Assembly: GCA_050246755.1 (NCBI GenBank)
Contig: JBFWVL010000007.1
Coordinates: 1-64,000, forward strand
DNA from: Bacteriovoracia bacterium
Lineage (GTDB): Bacteria; Bdellovibrionota; UBA1018; CAIPTA01
DNA: 64,000 bases
Direction: 5' to 3'
Position 1 is the stretch's first letter. Each line of letters begins with the position of its first letter. Of this stretch, positions 47,445 through 57,130 are shown one piece after another. The notes below the pieces were generated by a model, which saw only the letters and a program-made list of their open reading frames with translations, had not been told where the DNA came from and searched no databases. The position numbers and the translations under genes were made by a program.

Positions 47445-48433
47445 AGCTCGCCGAACATTTGCTCGAGAATATCCTCCATCGTGATCACCGCGATGGAGAT
47501 GCCGGCTTTATTTTCAATCACGGCGATGTGGCGTTTTAACTGGCGAAAACGGCGGAAAAGCGTTTCTGCCTTCATCTGCGGCTCCACCGTGAGCGGCTCC
47601 TTCATCAGATCGCGCACGGTCATTTCCTGTTCGTCGCGGCTGATATAGTTCAGCAAGTCTTTGGCGTAGAGGATTCCCACCACTTTCGATTTTTCTTCGC
47701 CGATCACGGGTATGCGCGCGTAGAAATTCTTCCCGAGCTTGTCGATCACCCGTTTGGGGCTATCGTCCTGGAGCACGGTAAAGCACTCCTGCAGGGGAGT
47801 GGCAAGGTCGATCACCTTATCGTCGTCGATCTCGAAGAGGTTTTCGATGATGTCCTGCTCCACGCTGTGGATGGCGCCTTTTCGTTTTCCATCTTCGAGC
47901 AGGGTCCGGATATCGTCTTCATTTATGGGCTCATCGTTCTTAGGGTGACGTTTACGCAGCCGCCGGGTAAGAAACTCTACGGCGTGCTCGAGGAAAAAGC
48001 GCACGGGAAAAGCCGCGCGGTAGAACCACCAGAAAGGGGTGATGAAGAGAGTGGCAACGGTGGTATTGGCTTTGGCCCCGATCACCTTTGGGGTGATTTC
48101 GCCGAAGATCAAGATGATCGGCATGACGGTGACCAGGTTCACTACCGTGATCCAAAAGGGAGTGAATTGCTGTCGCTGGTAAAAGGAGGCGAGCAAATTG
48201 GAAATGAAAACGTTGGTGAGTTCATTGCCGAGCAGCACGGTGGCCACGAACGCGCTCGGATGGTCGAGGAGGTGGCGAATCCGGGAAAAAACGTCGGGAT
48301 TTTTTTGCTTTAGCTGACGAAGCTGAAAGCGCGAAAGGCTGAAGAACGCCGTTTCCGACGCGGAAAAAAATGCACAAAGAGTGATAAGGAAAACAGCTGG
48401 AAGTAGAGGAAAACTGTCAGGGAGCGCGTTCAC
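47426..48433 (-). CDS. CNNM family protein (DUF21-CBS, no CorC domain)
   Basis: FFSASETAFFSL, FGEITPK, ARIPV, ITMEDILEQMFGE. Confidence 0.9.
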   Translation of the reverse strand: MNALPDSFPLLPAVFLITLCAFFSASETAFFSLSRFQLRQLKQKNPDVFSRIRHLLDHPSAFVATVLLGNELTNVFISNLLASFYQRQQFTPFWITVVNLVTVMPIILIFGEITPKVIGAKANTTVATLFITPFWWFYRAAFPVRFFLEHAVEFLTRRLRKRHPKNDEPINEDDIRTLLEDGKRKGAIHSVEQDIIENLFEIDDDKVIDLATPLQECFTVLQDDSPKRVIDKLGKNFYARIPVIGEEKSKVVGILYAKDLLNYISRDEQEMTVRDLMKEPLTVEPQMKAETLFRRFRQLKRHIAVIENKAGISIAVITMEDILEQMFGELWEQKR

Positions 48434-48501
48434 GGTGCCTTAACTATAGCATTAGCCTCGAGGGCAAGCTATCCGGCACCGTGTTCAGGCCCATTACTAG
48501 A

Positions 48502-50940
48502 CTAGGCTACGCGGTCGGAAGCAGAGAGGCGTTCACGCGAGCGGCCACCGCCGCCCGAGCTCTTCTTCTCTTTTTTCACCGCCGCCGTAGGCGATTTCGC
48601 CAGGGCGAACTGTAAAGCTTCGTCTACGTGCTTCACCGGGAGGAACTCGATCTTCTCGCGGTACTCTTCCGGGATCTCTTCCACGTCTTTGAGGTTCTTG
48701 TACGGGATGATGATCTTGGTAATGCCGTGGCGCATTGCTGCAAGGGCCTTCTCCTTGAGACCGCCGATCGGCAGAGCCTTTCCAGTGAGAGAGATCTCGC
48801 CCGTCATTGCCACGTCTTTCCGAACTTGGATGCCGGTAAGGCGGGAAACAATTGCGGTTGCCATCGCTAGGCCGGCCGAGGGGCCGTCCTTCGGGATCGC
48901 TCCGGCGGGGATGTGAATATGCACATCGTGCTCGCCGTACGTTTTCTCGTCGATGCCGTAGCGATCCGCGTTGCCGCGGATATAGCTCATGGCGGTCGAA
49001 GCGCTTTCTTTCATCACGTCGCCCATCTGGCCGGTGAGCATTACGCCACCCTTGCCGCGATTCATCGAAGTTTCGATATAGAGAATTTCTCCTCCGGCTT
49101 GGGTCCAGGCGAGGCCGGTGGAAATTCCCACTTCGTCGCGGTCTTGGCGTTCTTCGCGGGAGTACACGGGAGCACCCAAGAACTTGCAAACCATGTCGGG
49201 AGTAACTTTTACGCGTTCCTTCTCGCCTTCGGCAACCTTGCGGGCCACTTTACGGCAGAGGGTACCTACTAAGCGCTCAAGATTACGGAGACCGGCTTCG
49301 CGGGTATAGTTCTCGATCGTGAATTTCAGGGCGTCGTCGCCGAGATCGATGAACTTATCGGTGATGCCGTTCTCTTTGATCTGCTTGGGCACTAGATACT
49401 GCTTCGCGATCTTAAGCTTCTCGTCTTCGGTATAGCCGGAGAGCTGAATGATCTCCATGCGGTCGCGGAGGGCGGCCGGAATGGTCTCGAGCACGTTGGC
49501 GGTGGCCAAGAACATCACGTTCGAGAGATCGAACGGGATATTGAGGTAGTGGTCGCGGAAAGTATTATTCTGTTCCGGATCCAAAACTTCGAGCAGGGCG
49601 GAGGCGGGATCGCCGCGGAAATCGTTACCAAGCTTATCGATCTCATCGAGCATAATGATCGGGTTTTTGCTCTTCACTTGCTTAAGGCCCTGGATAATTT
49701 TTCCCGGCATCGCACCCACGTAGGTGCGGCGGTGGCCGCGGATTTCGGCTTCATCTTTCACGCCGCCGAGGGAAATCCGGAGAAATTCGCGCCCTAGGGC
49801 TCTAGCCACCGAGCGGCCGAGCGAGGTTTTTCCTACGCCGGGAGGTCCCGAGAAGCAAAGGATAGGGCCTTTCATGGACTTATTCAGCTTTTTTACGGCC
49901 AGATATTCGAGGCAGCGCTCTTTGATCTTCTGGAGATCGAAGTGATCTTCATCGAGAACTTTTTTCGCGTGCTTGATGTCCAAATTGTCTTCGGTTTGCT
50001 TCGCCCAGGGGAGATCCACCACGAGCTCCAGGTAGGAGCGGAGGATAGAGGCTTCCGAGGAGTCGGGATGCATACGCTCGAGGCGGCCAAGCTGCTTGAG
50101 CACTTCGGATTCCGCTTCTTCGCCCATCTTCGCTTCGAGAACTTTTTGGCGCAGGTCGGCGATTTCTTCGCCTTTATTGTCGCCGTCGCCGAGCTCATTC
50201 TTAATGGCGCGGATTTGCTCACGGAGGAAGTATTCTTTTTGACTCTTGGTCATCTCATCTTTAGCTTGCGAGCGGATCTTCGCCTGCATGGTGAGCACTT
50301 CGAGTTCGCGGATCAAGATTTCGTTTACGGTCTTGATGCGCACGAGGGAATCGTTCATCTCGAGGAGAGACTGGGCTTCCGCCATTTTGAGACCGAGGTT
50401 AGAGGCCACGAGATCGGCGAGGCGCCCTGGATCGGCCACGTCGTCGAGAACCATCAGAATGTCGGGGGAAAGCACTTTACCCAGGGAGATTACCTTTTCC
50501 AGATTCTCCCGAACATTTCTCATGAGGGCTTCGGCTTCCACGGTGTCTTTTTCGTCGAGCTGGCGCTCTTCTACTTTTTCGATGCTTACGCGGTAGAAGG
50601 GTTCGCTCTGGGTGAATTCTAAAGTTTTGGCTTTGGTGAGGCCCTGGGCCAGGATCTTGATGCGGCCGTCGGGCAGCTTGCGCATGCGCATGATCATGGC
50701 GATCGTCCCTACGGGATAAATTCCGTCCGGCTGGGGGAATTCGTCGGCGGTATTCTTCTGCGAAGAGAGAAAGATAAGGCGATCGTTACGGGCGAGAGCT
50801 TCCTCCACCGCTTTGATCGAGCTATCTCGACCCACAAACAAAGGAAGGATCATGAAGGGGAAGATGACAATATCGCGAACCGGAAGCATCGGAAGATTTT
50901 CCGGGATCTGGATTTGTTCGCCTTCGTAATTCGTTACCAT
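48502..50940 (-). CDS. lon: ATP-dependent Lon protease
   Basis: LPMLPVRD N-domain, GPPGVGKT, GHRRTYVGAMPG, PKDGPSAG. Confidence 0.97.
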   Translation of the reverse strand: MVTNYEGEQIQIPENLPMLPVRDIVIFPFMILPLFVGRDSSIKAVEEALARNDRLIFLSSQKNTADEFPQPDGIYPVGTIAMIMRMRKLPDGRIKILAQGLTKAKTLEFTQSEPFYRVSIEKVEERQLDEKDTVEAEALMRNVRENLEKVISLGKVLSPDILMVLDDVADPGRLADLVASNLGLKMAEAQSLLEMNDSLVRIKTVNEILIRELEVLTMQAKIRSQAKDEMTKSQKEYFLREQIRAIKNELGDGDNKGEEIADLRQKVLEAKMGEEAESEVLKQLGRLERMHPDSSEASILRSYLELVVDLPWAKQTEDNLDIKHAKKVLDEDHFDLQKIKERCLEYLAVKKLNKSMKGPILCFSGPPGVGKTSLGRSVARALGREFLRISLGGVKDEAEIRGHRRTYVGAMPGKIIQGLKQVKSKNPIIMLDEIDKLGNDFRGDPASALLEVLDPEQNNTFRDHYLNIPFDLSNVMFLATANVLETIPAALRDRMEIIQLSGYTEDEKLKIAKQYLVPKQIKENGITDKFIDLGDDALKFTIENYTREAGLRNLERLVGTLCRKVARKVAEGEKERVKVTPDMVCKFLGAPVYSREERQDRDEVGISTGLAWTQAGGEILYIETSMNRGKGGVMLTGQMGDVMKESASTAMSYIRGNADRYGIDEKTYGEHDVHIHIPAGAIPKDGPSAGLAMATAIVSRLTGIQVRKDVAMTGEISLTGKALPIGGLKEKALAAMRHGITKIIIPYKNLKDVEEIPEEYREKIEFLPVKHVDEALQFALAKSPTAAVKKEKKSSGGGGRSRERLSASDRVA

Positions 50941-50994
50941 ATTCTCTCCAACAGGTTTCAGAAACTAAATTTATGCCGCTACAACTGGTTGCTA

Positions 50995-51363
50995 CTAAGC
51001 TACGTAGAACTTCTTCTGCTTCTCTTCTTGTTCTTCCTGATGCGTTATGCAGAGACGAGCGGTAGGATAGATCTCCAACCGTTTGGCCCCGATTTCATCT
51101 TCACAGTCTTCACAGAGCCCGTAAGTGCCTTCTTCCATTCTCTGGAGAGCAGCGTCGATCGCGGCGAGGGTACGTTGCTCTTTCTCGCGGAGGGTGAATA
51201 CCACGCCCTGAGAAAGCTCTACGCTCGTTAGATCGGTTTCGTCCGCCAGGTCATCGGTGGCGATCGTAAACTCTGCTTTGCGGGAAATCGCGGCGCTAGC
51301 TAGCAACCGTTCTTTTTCCGCTAACATTTTTTTCTTCAGCTTCGCCAAATCTTTGCTATTCAT
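50995..51363 (-). CDS. dksA: DksA/TraR family RNA polymerase-binding protein
   Basis: DETD coiled-coil tip; GTYGLCEDC...RL..P.ARLCITH zinc finger. Confidence 0.85.
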   Translation of the reverse strand: MNSKDLAKLKKKMLAEKERLLASAAISRKAEFTIATDDLADETDLTSVELSQGVVFTLREKEQRTLAAIDAALQRMEEGTYGLCEDCEDEIGAKRLEIYPTARLCITHQEEQEEKQKKFYVA

Positions 51364-51476
51364 TTTCTGCTCCTACAAGCTCGTGTGCTTGAGAACTCTT
51401 CGGAGCTGAATGCAAGAGGCTTGAGAACTAATTACTTGAGCGGGATCGCGAGCTTAACCATCGCTCTTACCTGCCA

Positions 51477-52109
51477 CTAGTTAGACGAACACACCTGTTC
51501 CCGACACCCCGTTCGCCACATGTAGGCGTGTGTGTTCACTTCGTTCTGCGAGCGGTTTATTTCGCCGGAAATGAAATCGTTCAAGCGGGAGAGTGAGCTG
51601 ATTTCACTTTCTATTTCGCTTTGCTGGAGAGTAAACTTCTGGCTAGAAATCGTTAGCGCAGATTCTTGAGTTTTTAGTTTTTGTCGCCGCTCCACCAGGT
51701 AGCGCTCGTCCCATTCCGTACTAAGTTGGTCGAGTAGAAAAATATTTTCCAGCGAGGGAGAACCCACAAAAAGTTCGGGAGAATTTTCTTTTTTTTGCCC
51801 GAGATCGTCGAGAAAACGCATTTCGGCGCGCGCGGATGCCAGCTGCGCCTCAACTCCGGCAAGCGCGGTGGAAACGGTCACGTTCTGCTGCCGGCGCGCC
51901 GCGAGATCTTTTGCGGCCTCCGCTCCCTGATGCTTATATTCGTTCGTTTTCCCCTGGCAAATTGCTTCGGCAGCGCGAGCGTTTTGCAGGCAGGCGCTTA
52001 GAGCAGCGCTATTGCAGGGGCGGCTGCCGGGGCCAGGCTCTCCGCCGTTTTCGGCTCGCCCGGAGAATGCGCTTACGCTCACCATAATCTGTAATAAAAT
52101 AATAATCAT
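51477..52109 (-). CDS. Hypothetical secreted Cys-flanked coiled-coil protein
   Basis: Short signal peptide, Cys clusters at both ends, heptad core. Confidence 0.65.
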   Translation of the reverse strand: MIIILLQIMVSVSAFSGRAENGGEPGPGSRPCNSAALSACLQNARAAEAICQGKTNEYKHQGAEAAKDLAARRQQNVTVSTALAGVEAQLASARAEMRFLDDLGQKKENSPELFVGSPSLENIFLLDQLSTEWDERYLVERRQKLKTQESALTISSQKFTLQQSEIESEISSLSRLNDFISGEINRSQNEVNTHAYMWRTGCREQVCSSN

Positions 52110-52146
52110 TTATTTTTCCTAGTTGGTTTTTAAGTTTGGCGGTCTT

Positions 52147-52968
52147 CTAGTTTGCGTAACGGGTGAGCAGCCGGGCACGTGCGGGCAGCGCAACGCGCAT
52201 AAGCTGCCAGGCCCTTTCGCCGCTGGGAAGCCAGGGATCAAATTCGGCCGGTAGTTCTGCGCCGGAAGTCGGATCCGCGAAGGCGGAGAGAAAACGCCAG
52301 CAGCGAAGGCGGAGATCATCGGTCACGAGTGGATTGCAGTGATCCATCAGCAGCGCGGCGGCGGCACTGGGATCCATGGTTCGGAGCGCAAGGTAGGTGA
52401 AGCGGTAGTCGGCGGGTGACCGAGCGCCACCGCCCTGCAGGAGCTGGCCGATCTCTTCTGCGTCCAGCAGGCCTATGCTAGGGTGAGAGCGCTCCCATAT
52501 AAGTACGGCCTTGGCACGCAACCACACGGGATCGTGCTTCAGCAGCTTTAATATTTCCTTCAGCGCTCCTGTATTCAGCCGATCCAGCGCATTTTCGCTG
52601 CGAATCGCCGCGATTGCGAAGCTGCGGTTATAAGTTGCCTGGTGTACCGCGGTGTCTTCCAGCACCGCCGAGCGTTCTTTTCCCATGCTCCAGGCGAGCA
52701 GGCACGCCGGCCCAAGGTCCGGCCGCGCCGTTTCTATTTTTAGGCAGCGCTCGGCGTCCGCGGAGCTAAGGGGAAGGCCGGCTCTCATGGTGGCGGCCAG
52801 CGCGGCTAGTACGGATTCGGAATCGAAGCGTTCGGTGCTTTCGAGGATTAGCTTTATTTGACGGCTGATTCCTATGCCTTTTGCCGCTGGCATGGCCGTT
52901 TGAGAATTTTCTTTGCTACAGCCCAAGAGAGCGGTGAGAAGAACTAGGCTAAAGATGGTTTTATTCAT
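52147..52968 (-). CDS. Hypothetical lipoprotein (helical)
   Basis: Lipobox LLGC; ATGA overlap with the upstream activator gene. Confidence 0.75.
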   Translation of the reverse strand: MNKTIFSLVLLTALLGCSKENSQTAMPAAKGIGISRQIKLILESTERFDSESVLAALAATMRAGLPLSSADAERCLKIETARPDLGPACLLAWSMGKERSAVLEDTAVHQATYNRSFAIAAIRSENALDRLNTGALKEILKLLKHDPVWLRAKAVLIWERSHPSIGLLDAEEIGQLLQGGGARSPADYRFTYLALRTMDPSAAAALLMDHCNPLVTDDLRLRCWRFLSAFADPTSGAELPAEFDPWLPSGERAWQLMRVALPARARLLTRYAN

Positions 52969-53936
52969 ACGGCCTCCGCACGTGAGTTGGAGCGTAGGTG
53001 AGCCTGGTATTTGATCTTGGGAATATCAATTTCGTAGCGGCGGATTTTTTCAATCAGCGTAACCTTGGAAAGGCCCGTGCGTTTTGCCGTAAGATTTATC
53101 CTCCCCTCGAAACGTAGTAAAATTTCTGACAGGTAAGTCTTCTCGAAAAGCGATTTCGCTTCACGGTAATCAGCCGGGAGATTTTCGCAGGGAATAGATC
53201 CGGCGGTGGATTTGGTTTTTTCTCTTACCTGGGGAGGCAAGTTTTCCGGCAAGAGCACTTCTCCAGCGCACATCGCCACCGCGTAGTCCACGCAGTTCTT
53301 GAGCTCGCGCACATTTCCCGGCCAGGAATGAGATTCGAGGGCCGCGATAAATTCAGGCGCGACAAGCGGCACCTCGCGGTTCGACTTTTCGGCCGAATTC
53401 GCCACGAATCCCACTGTGAGGGCACGGATGCGCTCCGGCTCGGAGGCCAGGCAGGCGAGGCGCACTTCAAAAGTATTGAGGCGGAAGTAGAGATCTTCGC
53501 GGAATTGCCCGGATTGGACGAGGGTGGGCAGGTCGCGGTTAGTGGCCGCCACGATGCGGATATCGAGCCGAATTTCCCGGTTCGATCCTACCGGAGAAAT
53601 TGTCTGGCTATTGAGGGCCTCCAGCAATTTAGTTTGCAGGCGGGGAGGGAGCTCCCCGATCTCGTCGAGAAATATGGTTCCGCCGTTTCCGCTCTCTAGT
53701 TTACCCACCCGCTTACAATCGGCTCCCGAGAACGCTCCCTTTTCATGACCGAAAAGCTCGCTTTCGATCAGGTTTTCACTGAGCGTAGCGAGATTCACCG
53801 CCACGAAGCGGGCCGTGCTCCGGTTGCTCCACTCGTGAATTTTTTTTGCTAAGTGTGATTTTCCGGTGCCGGTGCGGCCCGTAATCAATACCGTGTGCGC
53901 CGTGGCGGCGATTTTTTTTAATTGAGCGGGATTCAC
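52965..53936 (-). CDS. sigma54-dependent activator without an N-terminal regulatory domain
   Basis: GRTGTGKS within the first 30 aa, GAFSGA, FLDEIG, WPGNVREL, C-terminal HTH. Confidence 0.9.
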   Translation of the reverse strand: MNPAQLKKIAATAHTVLITGRTGTGKSHLAKKIHEWSNRSTARFVAVNLATLSENLIESELFGHEKGAFSGADCKRVGKLESGNGGTIFLDEIGELPPRLQTKLLEALNSQTISPVGSNREIRLDIRIVAATNRDLPTLVQSGQFREDLYFRLNTFEVRLACLASEPERIRALTVGFVANSAEKSNREVPLVAPEFIAALESHSWPGNVRELKNCVDYAVAMCAGEVLLPENLPPQVREKTKSTAGSIPCENLPADYREAKSLFEKTYLSEILLRFEGRINLTAKRTGLSKVTLIEKIRRYEIDIPKIKYQAHLRSNSRAEAV

Positions 53937-54076
53937 GCTTGGCCGCCTTCCCAGTCGCCGAGCCAGCTATCCACGCCTTGCCACAAATATTCTCCGGCGG
54001 GAGCTACTTCGTTGATCTCGACGTATTCGTTCAGTGCCTCGGCGGTAAAGTCATCTTCAAATAGTTTGCTTATCAT
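53933..54076 (-). CDS. Unannotated 47-aa acidic, Trp-rich peptide
   Basis: SD AGGAG, ATG 54076, MISKLFEDDFTAEALNEYVEINEVAPAGEYLWQGVDSWLGDWEGGQA; the TGA overlaps the activator's GTG start. Confidence 0.7.
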   Translation of the reverse strand: MISKLFEDDFTAEALNEYVEINEVAPAGEYLWQGVDSWLGDWEGGQA

Positions 54077-54106
54077 TGGGTATTCTCCTGAATTGCGAAC
54101 CGCTAG

Positions 54107-54122
54107 AGCAAATGCCGTACCA
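54107..54122 (-). promoter_or_regulatory. sigma54 -24/-12 promoter
   Basis: Minus strand TGGTACGGCATTTGCT, about 30 nt before ATG 54076. Confidence 0.7.
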
Positions 54123-54242
54123 GGTAAAAATTTGCACTAGATCATCCGGAAAGGGGTGATTACGCGTTTCTGCCGTATGGGCGTTGTGGGGAGCACCCAA
54201 CAATTGTAGGAATTTACCTTAGGCCCGGAGTAAAATCTCACC

Positions 54243-55603
54243 ATGCGGATCTCTCTTTTACTCGCGGAAGACGAAGCGGCTACGCGCTCCCTAATGACCG
54301 AGCTCCTGCGGGATTGGCCCGGAGGGGAGTTGAGCCTAGTGGCGGCGGCGAGCCCTGAGGAAGCCCTGGCGGCCGCTGAGGAGCGCGCCTTTACGATCGC
54401 CCTCGTAGATCTTCATTACGAAACCAGCAAAAGTGACGGTTTCGCGCTGCTAGAGGCACTCAGGAAAAAAGATTCTAGGATGGAGCTGATAGTACTCAGC
54501 AGCGCAAATACTTTCGCGGCGGTTCAGCAGGCGCTCCGCGCAGGCGCCAACGATTATTTAGCCAAAGGGTTCGGGCGAGGAGAGCTCTACCATGTGCTGG
54601 ATCGCGCCCTGGAGCGCCGCCGCTGGCGGCAAATGGAAGGCCGGCTGAAACAGGAGAATGGACCGGTGCTAGCGATGGCCGGCACCTCTTCCGCCATGAA
54701 ATCAATGGCCGTAAATCTCCGTAAATTCGGCCCGAGCGCGGCCCCCGTGCTTATTTTCGGAGAAACGGGCACCGGTAAAGAGCTCGCCGCCCGCGGGCTT
54801 CACGCATATGGCGCCGACCCCGCTGCTTCTTTCGTGGCGGTGAATTGCGCGGCTATCCCGGCCTCCACCGTAGACTCTTTTTTCTTCGGGCACGAGCGAG
54901 GAGCCTTTACCGGCGCTGATCGCGCCCGCGCCGGAGTCTTCGAAGAGGCGGAAGGTGGAACGCTTTTTCTCGACGAGGTAAATAGCCTTCCACCCGAAAT
55001 GCAAGGGCGGCTTCTGCGCGTGCTCGAACAAAAAGAGATCCGCCGCCTCGGCGGAAGCCGGGTAGTACCCGTGCATTTTCGCCTGCTGGCGGCCACGAAC
55101 GGAGACCTCGATGAGCTCGTGAAAAGCGGAAGCTTCCGGGAGGATTTGCTGTATCGCCTGAACACGCTTCAGCTCAAATTGCCTCCTCTGAGGGAAAGGC
55201 TCGAGGATCTTCCCGATCTGGCTAAACTCTTTCAGCCGGACAGAAAAATTTCGCGGGAGCTTTGGGATCTCTGGAATTCCTATGCCTGGCCGGGAAATGT
55301 TCGTGAGTTCCGCAATTTGCTCCTCGCCATGGACGCAATGGCCGAGCCTGGCGAGATGCTGAGCGCCGAGCATATTCCTGAGCACTTACTACGCAAATTT
55401 TCGGATCCCCCTAACGACCAAAGCGAGATTCCGGATGATCTTTCCAGCTTCGCGGGCGCGCAGGCGGAGAGGGAGACGGATTCCTACGGCGGGCCTACCG
55501 GAGCGCAGGTGGAAATATAAGCCGTATGGCGAGGGTACTAGGAGCGGACCGCTCGCACCTGCACCAAAAGCTCGTGAAGCTCCATATTCATCGTGCGAAG
55601 TAG
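54243..55603 (+). pseudogene. NtrC-family response regulator (REC-AAA-HTH), frameshifted near 55480 (possibly an assembly error)
   Basis: REC, GETGTGKE and GAFTGA lie in ORF 54243-55520; the Fis HTH FLRRAYRSAGGNISRMARVLGADRSHLHQKL continues in the -1 frame at 55481-55603. Confidence 0.85.
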
Positions 55604-55619
55604 GCTTTTTTAGCCAAGC

Positions 55620-56621
55620 TTAAGGCTTCAAGAACGAAGCGCTCCACATGGCGAATTCTTTGGCAAAGGCGCCGGGGTTCGCGCCCAGAAGTCCCAGTTT
55701 TACGGCTTCCTGCACGCCTTTGCCATCGATACCTTGCCAGGTAACGAAGTTTGGTAGGCGATTGAAGGTGCGGTTCGCGGCTAGTCGTTTAAAGAAAATG
55801 GCATCCTGGAGCGCGAAGGGAGTTTTTACTTCCTTCAGATCGATCCCCACCGCGGCGAGGCCGGGGGTTTCGATGAGGTCGAGAATATTATCGGGATTCT
55901 GGGCTACCAGCACCTTCACGTAACGGGAATTGAGCTGGGTCTGCATTTTTTCCACCAGGGCCTTGTCCCAGCTATGCAGCAATACCACCTTGGGGGTAAT
56001 TCCCTCGAGGGCGATCTCTAGGTTCAGCATCGTTTCGTAGAGGGAGCGGGGGAGCAGGAGGGTGAGTTTCTGGGTGCCGTAGCTGGGGACGGTAACGGGG
56101 CAAAGCAGAACCACGTATTCTTCCCGGTTAATGAAGCTCGAGATATGGATCGATTCGTCGGGATAAACTTTTTTATTAAAATCCATCCGCAGGTGAATGT
56201 CCTTCGCCGTGAGGGTACGGAAGGCACGGTCGAGTATTCCGCAAAGCTGGTTGCCTACTTCGCCGAAGCTGTCTTGATCGGTAGCGTCGAACAACTCGTC
56301 CTTAAGCTTCTGTTCGAACGCGGACGGAGCCATCATGCGCATCAGCGCGCCCAGCACGATCGCGGTACGCAGCTCGAAGAACCAGTAGAGCTCGCCCACA
56401 AAATCCTTTTCGGCGTGAATCTTCACGAGCACGGATTTTTTTTTGTAAGCGGATATATAAGTTTCTACGGGCATCAAAAAAGGCTCGAAATTTCCGATTT
56501 GGATCTTGTTTTCACCTTCGGCGGCCAGCATGAAATTCAGGGCGTGCTCGAGCCCGTTCCTCACCTTGTCGTTGAAGGTGCGGATTTTTTCGTTGGTGAT
56601 GATGCGAACCGGTTTTTCCAT
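55620..56621 (-). CDS. CheC/CheX-like protein with a degenerate receiver-like C-terminus
   Basis: DQDSFGEVGNQLCG (D-x3-E-x2-N phosphatase motif); downstream of cheY. Confidence 0.6.
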   Translation of the reverse strand: MEKPVRIITNEKIRTFNDKVRNGLEHALNFMLAAEGENKIQIGNFEPFLMPVETYISAYKKKSVLVKIHAEKDFVGELYWFFELRTAIVLGALMRMMAPSAFEQKLKDELFDATDQDSFGEVGNQLCGILDRAFRTLTAKDIHLRMDFNKKVYPDESIHISSFINREEYVVLLCPVTVPSYGTQKLTLLLPRSLYETMLNLEIALEGITPKVVLLHSWDKALVEKMQTQLNSRYVKVLVAQNPDNILDLIETPGLAAVGIDLKEVKTPFALQDAIFFKRLAANRTFNRLPNFVTWQGIDGKGVQEAVKLGLLGANPGAFAKEFAMWSASFLKP

Positions 56622-56625
56622 CTGG

Positions 56626-56991
56626 TTATTTCTTAATGAGGGGGCCTAAAACTTTTTTCAGTTCTTCGGGAGGAAATGGTTTGGTGATGATTCCATTCGC
56701 GCCGGCCGCGAGCATCTGTTGCTTCAGATCCGGACTGGATTCCGTGGTTACCATCACCACCGGCAGGTTAGGCATTTTTAGCTTCACTACTTTTACCATC
56801 TCGATTCCCGTAATGTCTGGCATATTCACGTCGGACAAAACGAGATCGATTCCGCCGGCGGCGAGCTTTTGCAGGGCTTCTTTGGCTCCGCTGGCCTCAA
56901 TCACGGTAGCGGCTTCGAATCCGGCTTGCCGGAGCGATTTAATCACGATCATGCGCATGGTAGCAGAATCGTCTACAACCAGAATGTTCAT
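56626..56991 (-). CDS. cheY: CheY-like response regulator
   Basis: ILVVDDS, LSDVNMP, VMVTTES, ITKPF. Confidence 0.9.
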   Translation of the reverse strand: MNILVVDDSATMRMIVIKSLRQAGFEAATVIEASGAKEALQKLAAGGIDLVLSDVNMPDITGIEMVKVVKLKMPNLPVVMVTTESSPDLKQQMLAAGANGIITKPFPPEELKKVLGPLIKK

Positions 56992-57044
56992 AAAATTCAA
57001 CCTCGTGGCCAGATTTAACCTAATCAGAGAACACTGCATCAGGC

Positions 57045-57113
57045 GTATCGGGACGCTCAATTCTTAACTTTAGCATTAGAATCTTTAAACTTTGTTCCTA
57101 TTCGTGCCGAAAT
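57045..57113. promoter_or_regulatory. Back-to-back FliA (sigma28)-like promoters
   Basis: Minus strand TAAA-N16-CCCGATAC (57072-57045); plus strand TAAA-N16-GCCGAAAT (57086-57113). Confidence 0.62.
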
Positions 57114-57130
57114 ATCGTGTGGAGGAACAA

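Noticed and set aside
51388-51440. CTTGAGAACT direct repeats upstream of dksA
   Set aside because: Only two full copies and one partial copy with irregular spacing; too weak to call an operator or CRISPR.
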